Part shown: positions 51,569 to 61,763 of the stretch, in pieces
Layout of the letters: every line of letters begins with the position of its first letter
Numbering within the stretch: position 1 is the first letter of the stretch
Virus record (IMG/VR): IMGVR_UViG_3300009551_000003
Coordinates: 1 to 64,000 of that record
Direction: 5' to 3' (one strand)
From: a virus
Length of the DNA: 64,000 nt
Position numbers and translations under genes: made by a program
Notes under the pieces: model-generated
Database searches by the model: none
What the model was told of the DNA's origin: nothing
What the model saw: only the letters and a program-made list of their open reading frames with translations

Positions 51569-53227
51569 ATGGCATTGCCAGACAAGCATCCCGAATACGT
51601 TGAGCGTGTAGGCGAGTGGCTACAGATGGCCGACACCTATGCCGGCGAGCGCGCGGTCAAAACAAAGCGCATGGACTATCTGCCGGCGACGGAAGGCATG
51701 GTGCAAGACGGCATGACAACGCCGTCGTCTCCGGGCTGGAAGGACTACGAAGCCTACCTCTTGCGCGCGGTCTATCATAACTTCGTCCGTGACGCCGTAC
51801 AGGCCATGGTCGGCATCTTGCACAACAAACCGGCCGTGATCACGTTGCCGCCGCGTCTTTCGGACATGATGACGAAGGCGACGATTCAGGGCGAAAGTCT
51901 TCAACAACTTCTGCGCCGGATCAACGTGGCGCAACTGACGTTCGCGCGCTGCGGTCTCCTCGTGGATGCGCCGACAGGCATGGATGTGAACAAGGCGCTC
52001 CCCTATATCGCGTTCTACGATCCGGTGCGGATCATCAACTGGGACGCCGGACGCGAGAACGAAGGACGGAATCAGCTTCAGCTTGTCGTGCTCGACGAGA
52101 GCGGCTACCGCCGTGAAGGCTTCACATGGAAGGAAGAGCGCAAGTTTCGTGTTCTAACGCGCGGCATCCCGGCGAGCCTTGAGAGCGGCTGGGAAACTCC
52201 GGGTCCGGATGACGAGTTCACGGTCGCCGTCAAGGTCAATGATACCAGCATGCCGACGTCGGACGACTTCAAGACGCCGTCGATCGGTGGCGTTACGCTC
52301 AAAGAGATTCCATTCGTTTTCATCGGTGCAACTGATCTTGTTCCAGAGCCGGAAGTCCCCCCACTTCTCAATCTGAGCAACCTGTCTCTCGCAATCTATC
52401 GCGCGGAGGCAGACTATCGCCAAACGCTCTATTTGCAGGGCCAGCAAACGCTTGTCCTAATCGGCACTGAAGGCGGCGGAGCCGAAGACGAAGATGCTCC
52501 GATGCGTATCGGCGCCAAAGGCATGATTCAGTTGCGTCAAGGCAGCGATGCCAAATACATCGGCGTCAACCCGGGCGGTCTTGGTGAGATGCGTCAATCG
52601 CTCACGGCCGACAAGACGGCCGCCGCGTCGGAAGGCGTTTCGTTCCTCGACGTTGGGAATGCCCGTGGCGAATCGGGAGAAGCTTTGCGCGTCCGCGTTG
52701 CGGCTCGCACCACCACAATTTCATCGATCGCTCAGGCTGCCGGCGCGGGCCTTGAACGTGCGTTGAGGTTCTGCGCGGAATGGGTCGGCGAGGACCCGAA
52801 TGATGTCAAGGTCGAGGTGCCGAAGGACTTCGCGGATCAGACGGTACAGGGCGCGGCGCTGCTCGCGTTCATGCAGGCAAAGCAATTGGGCCTGCCGTTG
52901 TCGCTGAAGTCACTGCACATGATGATGAAGGCGAACGATATGTCGGACATGACGTTCGCCGAGGAGAACGAACAGATCGAATCCGAGAGCGAAACAATGC
53001 TCGGCTCCATGGTCGGCCCATATCAATTGCCGGTGGACGACAACTTCCTCGACACCGACAACCCGCCGGAACTCGATCCGGCTGCTCAACCGGCCCAGCC
53101 GGCGCCAACCGCGCCGCCAGCCCCTGTCACTCCGCCGAACAAGAACGTCCCTGTGACACCCCACGTGCGCGGTTCGCCGACCCCGCTGAAGAAGAAAGTC
53201 GGCAAAAAAGGCGATTCAGCCAAATAA
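51569..53227 (+). CDS. Portal protein (DUF4055-like)
   Basis: Follows TerL; HPEY...YLP...YLLRA...IPFVF...PPLL pattern; 552 aa. Confidence 0.85.
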   Translation: MALPDKHPEYVERVGEWLQMADTYAGERAVKTKRMDYLPATEGMVQDGMTTPSSPGWKDYEAYLLRAVYHNFVRDAVQAMVGILHNKPAVITLPPRLSDMMTKATIQGESLQQLLRRINVAQLTFARCGLLVDAPTGMDVNKALPYIAFYDPVRIINWDAGRENEGRNQLQLVVLDESGYRREGFTWKEERKFRVLTRGIPASLESGWETPGPDDEFTVAVKVNDTSMPTSDDFKTPSIGGVTLKEIPFVFIGATDLVPEPEVPPLLNLSNLSLAIYRAEADYRQTLYLQGQQTLVLIGTEGGGAEDEDAPMRIGAKGMIQLRQGSDAKYIGVNPGGLGEMRQSLTADKTAAASEGVSFLDVGNARGESGEALRVRVAARTTTISSIAQAAGAGLERALRFCAEWVGEDPNDVKVEVPKDFADQTVQGAALLAFMQAKQLGLPLSLKSLHMMMKANDMSDMTFAEENEQIESESETMLGSMVGPYQLPVDDNFLDTDNPPELDPAAQPAQPAPTAPPAPVTPPNKNVPVTPHVRGSPTPLKKKVGKKGDSAK

Positions 53228-53240
53228 GGATACCTGACCC

Positions 53241-53456
53241 ATGGCCTATATTGTGAAGAACATCTCCGGCGACGTGCTGCCGATTGACGGCGTCGATCTC
53301 GCCAAAGACGATCAGCTTCGATTTGTTTCGCTGTCAGCGGAAGTGATCGCATATCGAGACGCCAAACCGCCCAAGGTGCAAGTCAAGACAGACGAGACGA
53401 CGCTCAAAGAGCGTGAGTCTGATGTTGCCGCGTTCAAGCCGTTCACGGGCATCTGA
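53241..53456 (+). CDS. Small hypothetical protein of the head module
   Basis: AGGA RBS; 71 aa. Confidence 0.7.
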   Translation: MAYIVKNISGDVLPIDGVDLAKDDQLRFVSLSAEVIAYRDAKPPKVQVKTDETTLKERESDVAAFKPFTGI

Positions 53457-53462
53457 TAGCTG

Positions 53463-55988
53463 ATGGCTTTCAATCCTTCAGAGGCACGCGACAATCAAGG
53501 TCGATGGACGCGCGGGGGAGGGGAATCTGATCTCCTCCCTCGCAACGTTATCGATCCGCGTGCCATGGAGGTTGGCGGCGACGAGTGGAACAGGCAAACT
53601 GCGCAACGGCTCGAAACTGAATACGCGGCCGTGCGTCCCGATATCGATCGGATTGCGCAAGAGGCTGTTGACCAAGAGGTGGAAGTTTCGGGAGGGTCTC
53701 CGGGCTCGTGGGATGAAGTGTCCGAAGAGGCACAAGAGGCGGCGGCCGACAAATACTACGGGCTGAACTACGACTCGAATTACGACAGCGAAGTTGAGAG
53801 TTGGCATGAGAACGGCGATGCTTTGAATGATGCCAAGCGCGATCTCGCCGACGACGGGGATTGGAAGGCTGAGTGGCTATCCGATTTTCTTTCGGGTAAC
53901 GAAGACGATGCCCATCCTATCCCGTACACGGCGGGACAGTTGCTTGATGCGATCGAGATACACGCGGATGATGACGGCGGTGATCCGATTATCGACTTCA
54001 ACAACGACTTCTTGTCGGAGCCGAGCGACCTTGACCCCAACTGGAATGCGAATCAGGCGACGCTGCCCGGGATCGATGTCAAGCCGGCAGCGGGCCATGA
54101 TCATCTGACGGAGGCTATGCGAGACGAGATCAGGAAGGCTCTTATCGAAGCCTTCAATGAAGAGGCTGAGAAGAAATCGTCTGATGTTGAGACTCCGGAG
54201 TACATCGCGGAGAGCGCGAAAGAGCAGACCCAAAACCAATGGGAGGAGATGTCCGACGAGGACAAGTATCAATGGACGAAGGACAATACCCAGCTAATCG
54301 AGGATTCCGAAGGCAACGACGATGACGTTTCACGAACGGTCGAAATGCCGGCCAAGTTCGATCCTCTAAATGAGACCTCGGGCGAGGACTATAAGCGCAC
54401 TCAGGCGCTCGCGAAATACGTCAGTGACCATCGGGCCGCGCAACTGATCACCGATCGCGTGAACGCGGGCCTTATTGGGCAGCCGAAAGGCGAGGCGAAA
54501 CTGGCATGGAATAAGGTCACATCCAAAAACGATTGGGTACTTAATGGCGTACATTATGCAACCGAACAGGAAGCAAACGCCGCTGTAAATGCACCCAAGG
54601 ACGCAGCGTGGACAGAGAGAATGCTCCAAGCGGTGCAGAGTATTGATAACCAGCTTTGGTCGGGATGGAAGGGAAGCTCGACTGGAGTTGAGGGCAGAAT
54701 CTTGCAAGTCGCGGCGGCCGACGAGCTTGGCGGGCGGTTGCGCGAGGCTACGCCAACCCGGGCCGGAGTTGATGCCACGGCGACCGCTCTCGCGGCAATG
54801 GTCTACGACGATCCGAAGTCAACTGACGCGCAGAAGGTTGACGCCAAAAAGATTATCGACGAGGCCGGCGGGCTGGAGGCGGCGCAAGCATTGGTCAAAG
54901 CTACGAAGATCATGGGTGACAAAGACGCCAGTCAGAATACGACGAACGCGGCCAAGACATTGATCAATGCTTTCTATAAAAACGCCCCTCCGGAAGTGAT
55001 CAAGGCCTACGCTATGAACCTTGACACGATAGGTGGTAAGGGCAACTTCCCGATCGCTGCTGCCGATATCATCTATAACTACGAGGTAAATGCGAACAAT
55101 GCCGCGCGAGCGGCCGACAAGAGTAAAGAGGCGCCAATTCTGAAGACCGAAACCGTGGACGGCTACATTCGATTACCGGACGTGAACATTGTGCGCAACG
55201 GCGCCGCCTCGACCACGGTCAGTCGAGACGTGGCAAATGGCTGGGGCGGCACAGTTAACAACGTGCCATCCGGTATTGATCGGCGAGAAGTGATCGACTA
55301 CGCGAATCAGGAGTTCAAGAATATCGGAGGATACGACGGCGTCAAAGCTGCTATTCGCGCCAAGTGGGAGACGACGCAATATCTGCTTGACCGTGCTGAC
55401 ATGCCCGTGGTGCAAGTCTATCGCGGGATCAATATGGAGCATAGACCCGACGTGACCACTAGTCAGAAAGGCGAGTTCAACCCGCCGACAAGTGGAATGG
55501 TGTCAGGCTATAAAGTCGGCCACGGCGACCCCTCGGATATGGGGCCTCTGAATCTGAAAGACTTCGATATTGGTGCTGTACTGAAGATCGCGTCGGGGAA
55601 GACGATCACAAAAGATAGCGCCATCGATCCGCCGGGCAATAAAGGCAGCGGCATTGGTACATGGACATACGATGAAGCCCCGACTGTTTCGCGGCGTATC
55701 GTGCTTCGTGCGGAAGTGCCTCGCACCGCTGTTATCTCGGTTCCGGCGTATGGAGTCAATGTCAAGAGCGAACAGGAAGTGGTTGTCGTTGGTACTGCAT
55801 GGCGTGATTGGGACGCATGGTCAGGGAGAGCCCCATCGTTTACCGAAGTGCCGCTGCATACGAAACGAACTGAAGACACGACTGCGGCATTCGACAAGTG
55901 GGTCTCCGATAACGCTACACAAGAAGCCGCTGAGATGGCCGGCATTGATAAGCTTGTCACCGAACTGAAACAAAAGAAAGCCGCGTGA
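53463..55988 (+). CDS. Large head-associated protein with an acidic N-half and an ADP-ribosyltransferase-like C-terminus
   Basis: Begins MAFNPSEARDNQGRW; contains VYRG, STT and EQEVVV motifs. Confidence 0.6.
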   Translation: MAFNPSEARDNQGRWTRGGGESDLLPRNVIDPRAMEVGGDEWNRQTAQRLETEYAAVRPDIDRIAQEAVDQEVEVSGGSPGSWDEVSEEAQEAAADKYYGLNYDSNYDSEVESWHENGDALNDAKRDLADDGDWKAEWLSDFLSGNEDDAHPIPYTAGQLLDAIEIHADDDGGDPIIDFNNDFLSEPSDLDPNWNANQATLPGIDVKPAAGHDHLTEAMRDEIRKALIEAFNEEAEKKSSDVETPEYIAESAKEQTQNQWEEMSDEDKYQWTKDNTQLIEDSEGNDDDVSRTVEMPAKFDPLNETSGEDYKRTQALAKYVSDHRAAQLITDRVNAGLIGQPKGEAKLAWNKVTSKNDWVLNGVHYATEQEANAAVNAPKDAAWTERMLQAVQSIDNQLWSGWKGSSTGVEGRILQVAAADELGGRLREATPTRAGVDATATALAAMVYDDPKSTDAQKVDAKKIIDEAGGLEAAQALVKATKIMGDKDASQNTTNAAKTLINAFYKNAPPEVIKAYAMNLDTIGGKGNFPIAAADIIYNYEVNANNAARAADKSKEAPILKTETVDGYIRLPDVNIVRNGAASTTVSRDVANGWGGTVNNVPSGIDRREVIDYANQEFKNIGGYDGVKAAIRAKWETTQYLLDRADMPVVQVYRGINMEHRPDVTTSQKGEFNPPTSGMVSGYKVGHGDPSDMGPLNLKDFDIGAVLKIASGKTITKDSAIDPPGNKGSGIGTWTYDEAPTVSRRIVLRAEVPRTAVISVPAYGVNVKSEQEVVVVGTAWRDWDAWSGRAPSFTEVPLHTKRTEDTTAAFDKWVSDNATQEAAEMAGIDKLVTELKQKKAA

Positions 55989-56467
55989 TGGATATCGATC
56001 TCAATGATCACGGCGATCCCCATTGGTTGTCAGGAAAGGGCAAAGCCAATCGCGACGCTATCCGGCGCAAGCATCGCGCGGCGCACGTGCTCACTCGCGA
56101 GCGCGTGCACAAGCCGGCATCTCCGGAGACGCGTGCCAAGCTGGAGAAGTCGCTGCTCGCCTACAACGAGCGCGTGCTGGCAAAAGCTCGGGTCAAGATC
56201 GAAACTGAAAAGCAGGCTGTCGGAAAGAGCCACAGAGATATCGTTGCGATCTTCAATGCAGCACTGGCGATCCTCGACGCATCCGAACCGATCATGCGTG
56301 AGATGATCGAGAGCGATTTGATGGACGTGGCAGGATCGAACAGCACAAAGCGCACAAGCGCGAAAAAGGCGACCGACGCGCTGATGAAGAAGATCACGGC
56401 CGTTCGCGTCAAGGCGATCAAGGACGCGTTCCGGCACCTGAGAGCGAATCTGCCCAATGACGTATAA
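55985..56467 (+). CDS. Helical protein, possibly an N-terminal piece of a MuF/gp7-like minor head protein
   Basis: Position between portal and scaffold; amphipathic helices. Confidence 0.45.
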   Translation: MMDIDLNDHGDPHWLSGKGKANRDAIRRKHRAAHVLTRERVHKPASPETRAKLEKSLLAYNERVLAKARVKIETEKQAVGKSHRDIVAIFNAALAILDASEPIMREMIESDLMDVAGSNSTKRTSAKKATDALMKKITAVRVKAIKDAFRHLRANLPNDV

Positions 56468-57428
56468 CCCAAGCGAGGCTCGAAACAACCATGGCGAATT
56501 TGGCACCACCGACGTCGCTCTCAAAGGCCCGGCGCCTCCGCAATCGAACGTGCGACCCGTCGCAACTGCCAGACCTATTGCGCCCGCTGCTCACGCTGGG
56601 GCGGATTCGCCGGAAGCCTCCCAGCTTCAAGCCCAGAAAGTCGCTGGGGGATATCAGCCGCTAGTCGGGCTGCCGGACAAACCCATCCAAGTCGCCGGCC
56701 AGTGGTACACACCCGGGCCGATCGGCCGGCTCAAGGACGCGGCGGCGGAGTACATGAAGACGGCCGGGCTCCCTTACAACCCGCCAACCGAATACGCGAA
56801 GCTCGACAAGACCCGGGCGGCAGAGATCGCCGATGCGTTCGAGAAGGAAAAGGCCGAACCGAATGACCCGAAGGTGAAGGCCAGTTACGATGCGATGGTG
56901 AAAGAAACGCTCGCGCAGTGGGATACGATCAAGGGCACCGGCCTGAAGGTCGAATGGGTAAAGCCCGGCCAGCCTGATCCATACGCGGCTAGCCCGCGCC
57001 TTGCTGCGCTCGACGTGAGCATGAACAATCATTGGTGGGGCTTCCCCACTGATCAGGGCTTCGGATCAGGACCCGACGCCGCGAAGTACATGAAGGACAA
57101 CCCATTGCTCAAGCCGACAGGCGAAGTGATCGACGGGCGCCCCGTAGTCGCCAACGACGTCTTCCGGATCGTGCACGACATGATGGGGCATCTGAAGGAA
57201 GGCAATGGCTTCAGAGCCGAGGGCGAAGAGAATGCGTGGCGCTCTCACGCTGCGATGTATTCGGACCTCGCGCGGCCGGCCATGACAAATGAGACGCGTG
57301 GACAAAATTCGTGGGTCAACTTTGGACCCTACGGCGAAAAGAACCGGACGGCGAATGCGGCTGATACGCACTTCGCTCCACAGAAGATCGGATTGCTGCC
57401 GGAGCGATTCGTGAATGAAGGTCGATAA
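56457..57428 (+). CDS. Head-associated protein with an HDxxGH...GEE putative metal-binding domain
   Basis: Begins MTYNPSEARNNHGEF; FRIVHDMMGH...GEENAW...ETRGQNSWVN. Confidence 0.65.
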   Translation: MTYNPSEARNNHGEFGTTDVALKGPAPPQSNVRPVATARPIAPAAHAGADSPEASQLQAQKVAGGYQPLVGLPDKPIQVAGQWYTPGPIGRLKDAAAEYMKTAGLPYNPPTEYAKLDKTRAAEIADAFEKEKAEPNDPKVKASYDAMVKETLAQWDTIKGTGLKVEWVKPGQPDPYAASPRLAALDVSMNNHWWGFPTDQGFGSGPDAAKYMKDNPLLKPTGEVIDGRPVVANDVFRIVHDMMGHLKEGNGFRAEGEENAWRSHAAMYSDLARPAMTNETRGQNSWVNFGPYGEKNRTANAADTHFAPQKIGLLPERFVNEGR

Positions 57429-57772
57429 TGTCGATCGTAGAAATCCACGAACACGGTAGCGAGGGCTGGGATCGGCATCGTGCGAAGCACATGCCGAGGC
57501 ACTTGAAGGTCTATGGTCGGCCGCTTCATCACTGGGCGCGTGTGCTCGCTGGCGCCGACTTGAAACAGATCGAGGCAGCCATCAAGATTGGACTCACCTC
57601 TCAGGACGATAACACAACGATTGCTCACCGCGTCATCGGAAGCCGCCGGCTTAACGGCGTCAATGGCGCGACTGAGATCACGAGGCGACACATCCTCCAC
57701 CTAGGTAGGGGATACTTGCGTAAGAGAAAATCCCGCATGAGCGGGTCTTCATCGGATGTCCGATCGAAGTAA
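57428..57772 (+). CDS. Possible central fragment of a MuF/gp7-like minor head protein
   Basis: GRPLHHW...QIEAAIKIG...IAHRVIG...NGATEITRR. Confidence 0.45.
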   Translation: MSIVEIHEHGSEGWDRHRAKHMPRHLKVYGRPLHHWARVLAGADLKQIEAAIKIGLTSQDDNTTIAHRVIGSRRLNGVNGATEITRRHILHLGRGYLRKRKSRMSGSSSDVRSK

Positions 57773-57788
57773 CCACCAAGAGGATGCT

Positions 57789-58646
57789 ATGAAACTTAAA
57801 ACCGTATACGCCACAGTCGAGGAAATTCCCGAAGGCTATGGCGATCTCTACACCGAACGCAATGGCCAGTGGGAGTTGACTGCCGTCGAGGGTGTGAAGA
57901 CCCAAGCCGATGTCGATCGCGTCCAAGAATCCCTCCGCAAGGAACGTGCCGACCACAAGGCAACCAAAGACAAGTTCACGCCTTTCGCTGAGCTTGACCC
58001 CGCTGAAGTTCTCGAAAAGCTGGAAGGTTACGACAGCCTTGTCGAGCAGAACGAAGCTCTCAAGGCCGGCGGCCAGTTCGACGAAGCGAAGGCCGAGCCG
58101 ATCATTCAGGCACGTGTGCGTCAGGCGATCGGTCCGCTGGAGCGTGACAAAGTTTCGCTCCAGAAGCAAATCGAAGAGCGCAACCGCAAACTTGCTGAGA
58201 AGGATAGCGAGGTCTCCACGCTCAAACACACCATCACCTCCGGCACAGTCGAGCGGGAAATCCGCGACGCTGCTGTCGAGGCAAAGGTGATCGGGCCGGC
58301 GATCGGTGACGTGGTACTCAATGGCAACCGCGTGTTCGAGTTGACCGAAGACGGTCGAGTTGTCACTCGGGATGTACCGGGTGTTACCCCGGGCCTCACG
58401 CCGAAGGAATGGCTGAAGGACAAGCAGGAAAGTGCACCGCATTGGTGGCCTGCCTCGGTCGGCGGCGGCTCTCGCGGCGGTGGCGGACCGGGCGGTGCCG
58501 GAGTGGGCGCCAACAATCCTTGGTCAAAGGAAGGTTGGAATCTCACCAAGCAGGGCGCGTTCGTCCGCGAGCACGGCGAGGCAAAGGCTGCGGAAGCGGC
58601 TGCGCGTGTCGGCTCCAAGCTCGGAGCGACCAAGCCGGGAGCGTAA
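57789..58646 (+). CDS. Capsid scaffolding protein
   Basis: Coiled coil, Gly-rich linker, C-terminal NPWSKEGWNLTKQG. Confidence 0.8.
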   Translation: MKLKTVYATVEEIPEGYGDLYTERNGQWELTAVEGVKTQADVDRVQESLRKERADHKATKDKFTPFAELDPAEVLEKLEGYDSLVEQNEALKAGGQFDEAKAEPIIQARVRQAIGPLERDKVSLQKQIEERNRKLAEKDSEVSTLKHTITSGTVEREIRDAAVEAKVIGPAIGDVVLNGNRVFELTEDGRVVTRDVPGVTPGLTPKEWLKDKQESAPHWWPASVGGGSRGGGGPGGAGVGANNPWSKEGWNLTKQGAFVREHGEAKAAEAAARVGSKLGATKPGA

Positions 58647-58678
58647 TGCAACTCCCCTAATCTGCTAGGTTACAGGCT

Positions 58679-58709
58679 AGGGCGTCGCGTATATCATACG
58701 CGACGCCCT
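58679..58709 (+). terminator. 14-bp hairpin after the scaffold gene
   Basis: AGGGCGTCGCGTAT-ATC-ATACGCGACGCCCT; weak U-tract. Confidence 0.55.
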
Positions 58710-58741
58710 CTGTCTTGGACTGAAGCAAATGGGATTATACC

Positions 58742-58909
58742 ATGACCGATGTAACTGTTGCTCTTGTGGACATCCCGGTCACGAACATTCCAAGTGTCAT
58801 TGACGTGCCGGTTACGCCGATCGTCTCGAACATCCCGGTTACTCCCGTGATCCCGCAAGTCACTCTTGAAGTCGGCGCCGGCAGTAGCGGCAATGGACCT
58901 CCCGCATGA
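58742..58909 (+). CDS. 55-aa Val/Pro-rich peptide ending SGNGPPA (not in the ORF track)
   Basis: MTDVTVALVDIPVTNIPSVIDVPVTPIVSNIPVTPVIPQVTLEVGAGSSGNGPPA; stop overlaps the next ATG. Confidence 0.65.
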   Translation: MTDVTVALVDIPVTNIPSVIDVPVTPIVSNIPVTPVIPQVTLEVGAGSSGNGPPA

Positions 58910-61443
58910 GCATCGTAGACGGACAATTCTATATCAACAACCTCAATGGTGACTACTATTTGAGGGAGAACGGCGCGTGGGTCCTGAGAGGGAACATCGA
59001 ATCGCTAGGGTTCGCCGACGTGCTCGGTCTTGTGCAACCCGGGGATACTGATCAAACGGCTGCGCTAGCGCGTGCTATCGCTACCGGCAAACCGATCATG
59101 TTCCGCTACAACGGAGGCACGCCGTATGTGATCTCTGCGCGTCAGACTGTTCCGGCTAATACCGCGATCTTTGGATTTGGTGGCCGTGCCGTGATCTCCA
59201 TGGCGGTTACGGGCCAATTGTTCTTGATGAACGCCGTCTCCGGAGTTCGGATCAAAGACCTCAAGGTCATTGGAAATAAAGCGGCTGTCACTGCGGGTCC
59301 TCCTATCGACTTTGAAGGCGCCTCTGACTGTGTTCTAGACGATTGCGATTTCACGGATTGCAGCCGAGAGATTCGATTGTTCGCAGGCACGAACAACGTG
59401 CGAGTGCGACGCGTCAGCTATACAAACAGCGGACAGCACGGTCTCCAGATCGACAACTCATTCAACAACACCGTCTCGCAATTCAATGTCAACGGCAGCG
59501 TCGGTTTCGGCATCATCCTGACCGGGGGTTCGCACGAAAACGAACTTTCGTTCAACAAGACTTTCAGTAACGGTATCGAGCTTATCGGTATCACCTACGA
59601 GTGTTGGGGCAACCGTGTCATCGGCAACCACGCTGAAGGGACTGGCGACAACGGCATCTCGATCACGGGGTTCGACAATCTTGTCGTCGGTAATATCTGC
59701 CGCTTCAACTCCAACAACGGCATTCACGTCTACGGCAACAACAACACGGTCGTAGGCAACAACTGCAAGAACAACAACCAACGCTTCCTAAGCGATGGCG
59801 TCTCGACCTTCTCCGGCATTGAGGTAGGTCCTGCGTTCGGTGGTGCATGCTGGGATAATACGATCACTGGCAACATCTGCTCGGACGATCAAGTCGTGCC
59901 TACTCAAACGTATGGAACGCACGTCCAACCGAACGTGATGGCGCAATGGGCAACGGGCGTTGTGACCGGCGTTCGTGCCGTAGTCTTCAATGGCACGAAT
60001 GCTTACATCGCGACCTCGGCCGGCACCACGGGTGTAACCGCGCCAGTGCACACGACTGGAACTGTCTCAGACGGCGGAGTGAACTGGCTCTTCCTGTTTG
60101 GCTTGCACACGGACAATACCACGTTGGGCGCGGCTGGAAATGCGTTGATCGGCAATACGTGTGTTGGCAACCGCATTGCACCGTCGCTTGATGACAGTCA
60201 AAATAATAACAGCGATATCGGTGGACCCGATTCGATGCTTCGAAGCATCAAGAACATTCCGCCAAACTCCAATGTGACGGGCGTAGGCGGCAACATGGTT
60301 CTCCGTCGCGGCGTCGGCCAGCCGTGGCTCGCGGCGTATGTGAACTCTGGAGCAACCACTGCAAATCGAGGCTTGTGGCAGCCGGTGCAGATTAGGGCAC
60401 TCGGTTTGCATTCGGTCAGGCCGTCGAGCGGGTCGGTCGGTTCCGGGTTCGAGGGCTCACAGTGGTATGATCTTGACGAAGGACGCATGGTCATCGCGGC
60501 CGGCGGCGCGCGTGGCGGTGCGTGGCTCGACGCTCTAAGCCGACAGGACCCCGTCACCGGAGTTTCGGCTGCCGGCACTGGGCAAAGCGATGCTACACTG
60601 TTGGCATACGCGCACAATACAATCAGCACCGTGGCGGCCGGCGCCGGAGTCAAACTGCCGGTGATCACGTTCCCCGGTGAGGAGATGACGGTCTTCAACG
60701 ATGGTGCCAACAATCTGCTCGTCTACCCGTCCACGGGAGCACAGATCAACGCGCTTGGCGCTAACAATCCGTTCACTCTGCCGACTGGGCAGGCGATCAC
60801 CTTTAGGACTTCATCCTCGACCCTATGGCGCACTCCAGCGCTCAACGTCTCGACGAGTGGCGGCGTTACGCCGATCACGCATACCGTGGGCAATTGGTAT
60901 CTTCCGGAAGATATCCGCGTAACAGGTACGATCGCGGGCAGCGCGAACCAAATCAGGTTGTTTCCATTCATCGCGAATGAGAGTATCACGATCAGTCAGC
61001 TTGGGTCTTTCCTTGTCACTGGACAGGCAGCAGCCAATCTGCAATTGGCGATATATGCGGCTGATCCGACGACGCATCTCCCCACGGGGCCGGCTCTTAG
61101 CAGCACTGCGAGTATAGCAGTAGCCGTAGCTAATCAAGGCAGCGTATCCGCCGCTCTCGGGAGCAATGTCGCGCTGGTAAAGGGCAATCTCTATTATCTG
61201 GCAGACAACGTGGATACGGCGTCTGTTTCGTTCACCTCACTGCATTCACTCGGCGTCATCGCTGCATATGCGATTGGCGATGCCACGTTGAGCAACGTTC
61301 TTAATAGCCAAACTGACCTCGGGGGCTATTTCTTTTCGCAGACGTTCAATACATGGCCGACATTCACTGGAGCTTCGTCCTTCACGAGGGCTCAGGGTCC
61401 CAGTCTCGTCGCTATCGCGTTCAAAGTCGCAAGTGTACCGTAA
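58906..61443 (+). CDS. Right-handed beta-helix spike / depolymerase-like protein
   Basis: Asn/Gly-rich parallel beta-helix repeats (GN...NGI) preceded by DTDQTAALARAI. Confidence 0.8.
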   Translation: MSIVDGQFYINNLNGDYYLRENGAWVLRGNIESLGFADVLGLVQPGDTDQTAALARAIATGKPIMFRYNGGTPYVISARQTVPANTAIFGFGGRAVISMAVTGQLFLMNAVSGVRIKDLKVIGNKAAVTAGPPIDFEGASDCVLDDCDFTDCSREIRLFAGTNNVRVRRVSYTNSGQHGLQIDNSFNNTVSQFNVNGSVGFGIILTGGSHENELSFNKTFSNGIELIGITYECWGNRVIGNHAEGTGDNGISITGFDNLVVGNICRFNSNNGIHVYGNNNTVVGNNCKNNNQRFLSDGVSTFSGIEVGPAFGGACWDNTITGNICSDDQVVPTQTYGTHVQPNVMAQWATGVVTGVRAVVFNGTNAYIATSAGTTGVTAPVHTTGTVSDGGVNWLFLFGLHTDNTTLGAAGNALIGNTCVGNRIAPSLDDSQNNNSDIGGPDSMLRSIKNIPPNSNVTGVGGNMVLRRGVGQPWLAAYVNSGATTANRGLWQPVQIRALGLHSVRPSSGSVGSGFEGSQWYDLDEGRMVIAAGGARGGAWLDALSRQDPVTGVSAAGTGQSDATLLAYAHNTISTVAAGAGVKLPVITFPGEEMTVFNDGANNLLVYPSTGAQINALGANNPFTLPTGQAITFRTSSSTLWRTPALNVSTSGGVTPITHTVGNWYLPEDIRVTGTIAGSANQIRLFPFIANESITISQLGSFLVTGQAAANLQLAIYAADPTTHLPTGPALSSTASIAVAVANQGSVSAALGSNVALVKGNLYYLADNVDTASVSFTSLHSLGVIAAYAIGDATLSNVLNSQTDLGGYFFSQTFNTWPTFTGASSFTRAQGPSLVAIAFKVASVP

Positions 61444-61457
61444 ACAGGAGAACTTCT

Positions 61458-61751
61458 ATGTCAGCATTTAGAGGCATCGCATTCATCACTCTGCCCCCTA
61501 CCGTTCAAGTAAACGGGAGTACGGATGGTGATTATCCCGATATCACTAAACTCTATTTGATGATCAACGGTTACGCAACGGACGGTGCTATACGGCACCA
61601 AATCGATAATGTTGTGGCGCTCCCGTTCGATCTTGATCATGCCGCGATGGATAATCTAATCCGGACTGCTATATGCGATCAATTTGCGGTTAGCTGGAGT
61701 ATTTTCCTCGATCCGAAGGATATCTATTTCCCGCTAGCCGTTTCGAGTTAA
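61458..61751 (+). CDS. Hypothetical protein, possible spike chaperone
   Basis: CAGGAG RBS; start MSAFRG. Confidence 0.65.
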   Translation: MSAFRGIAFITLPPTVQVNGSTDGDYPDITKLYLMINGYATDGAIRHQIDNVVALPFDLDHAAMDNLIRTAICDQFAVSWSIFLDPKDIYFPLAVSS

Positions 61752-61763
61752 GGATCAGGATCA

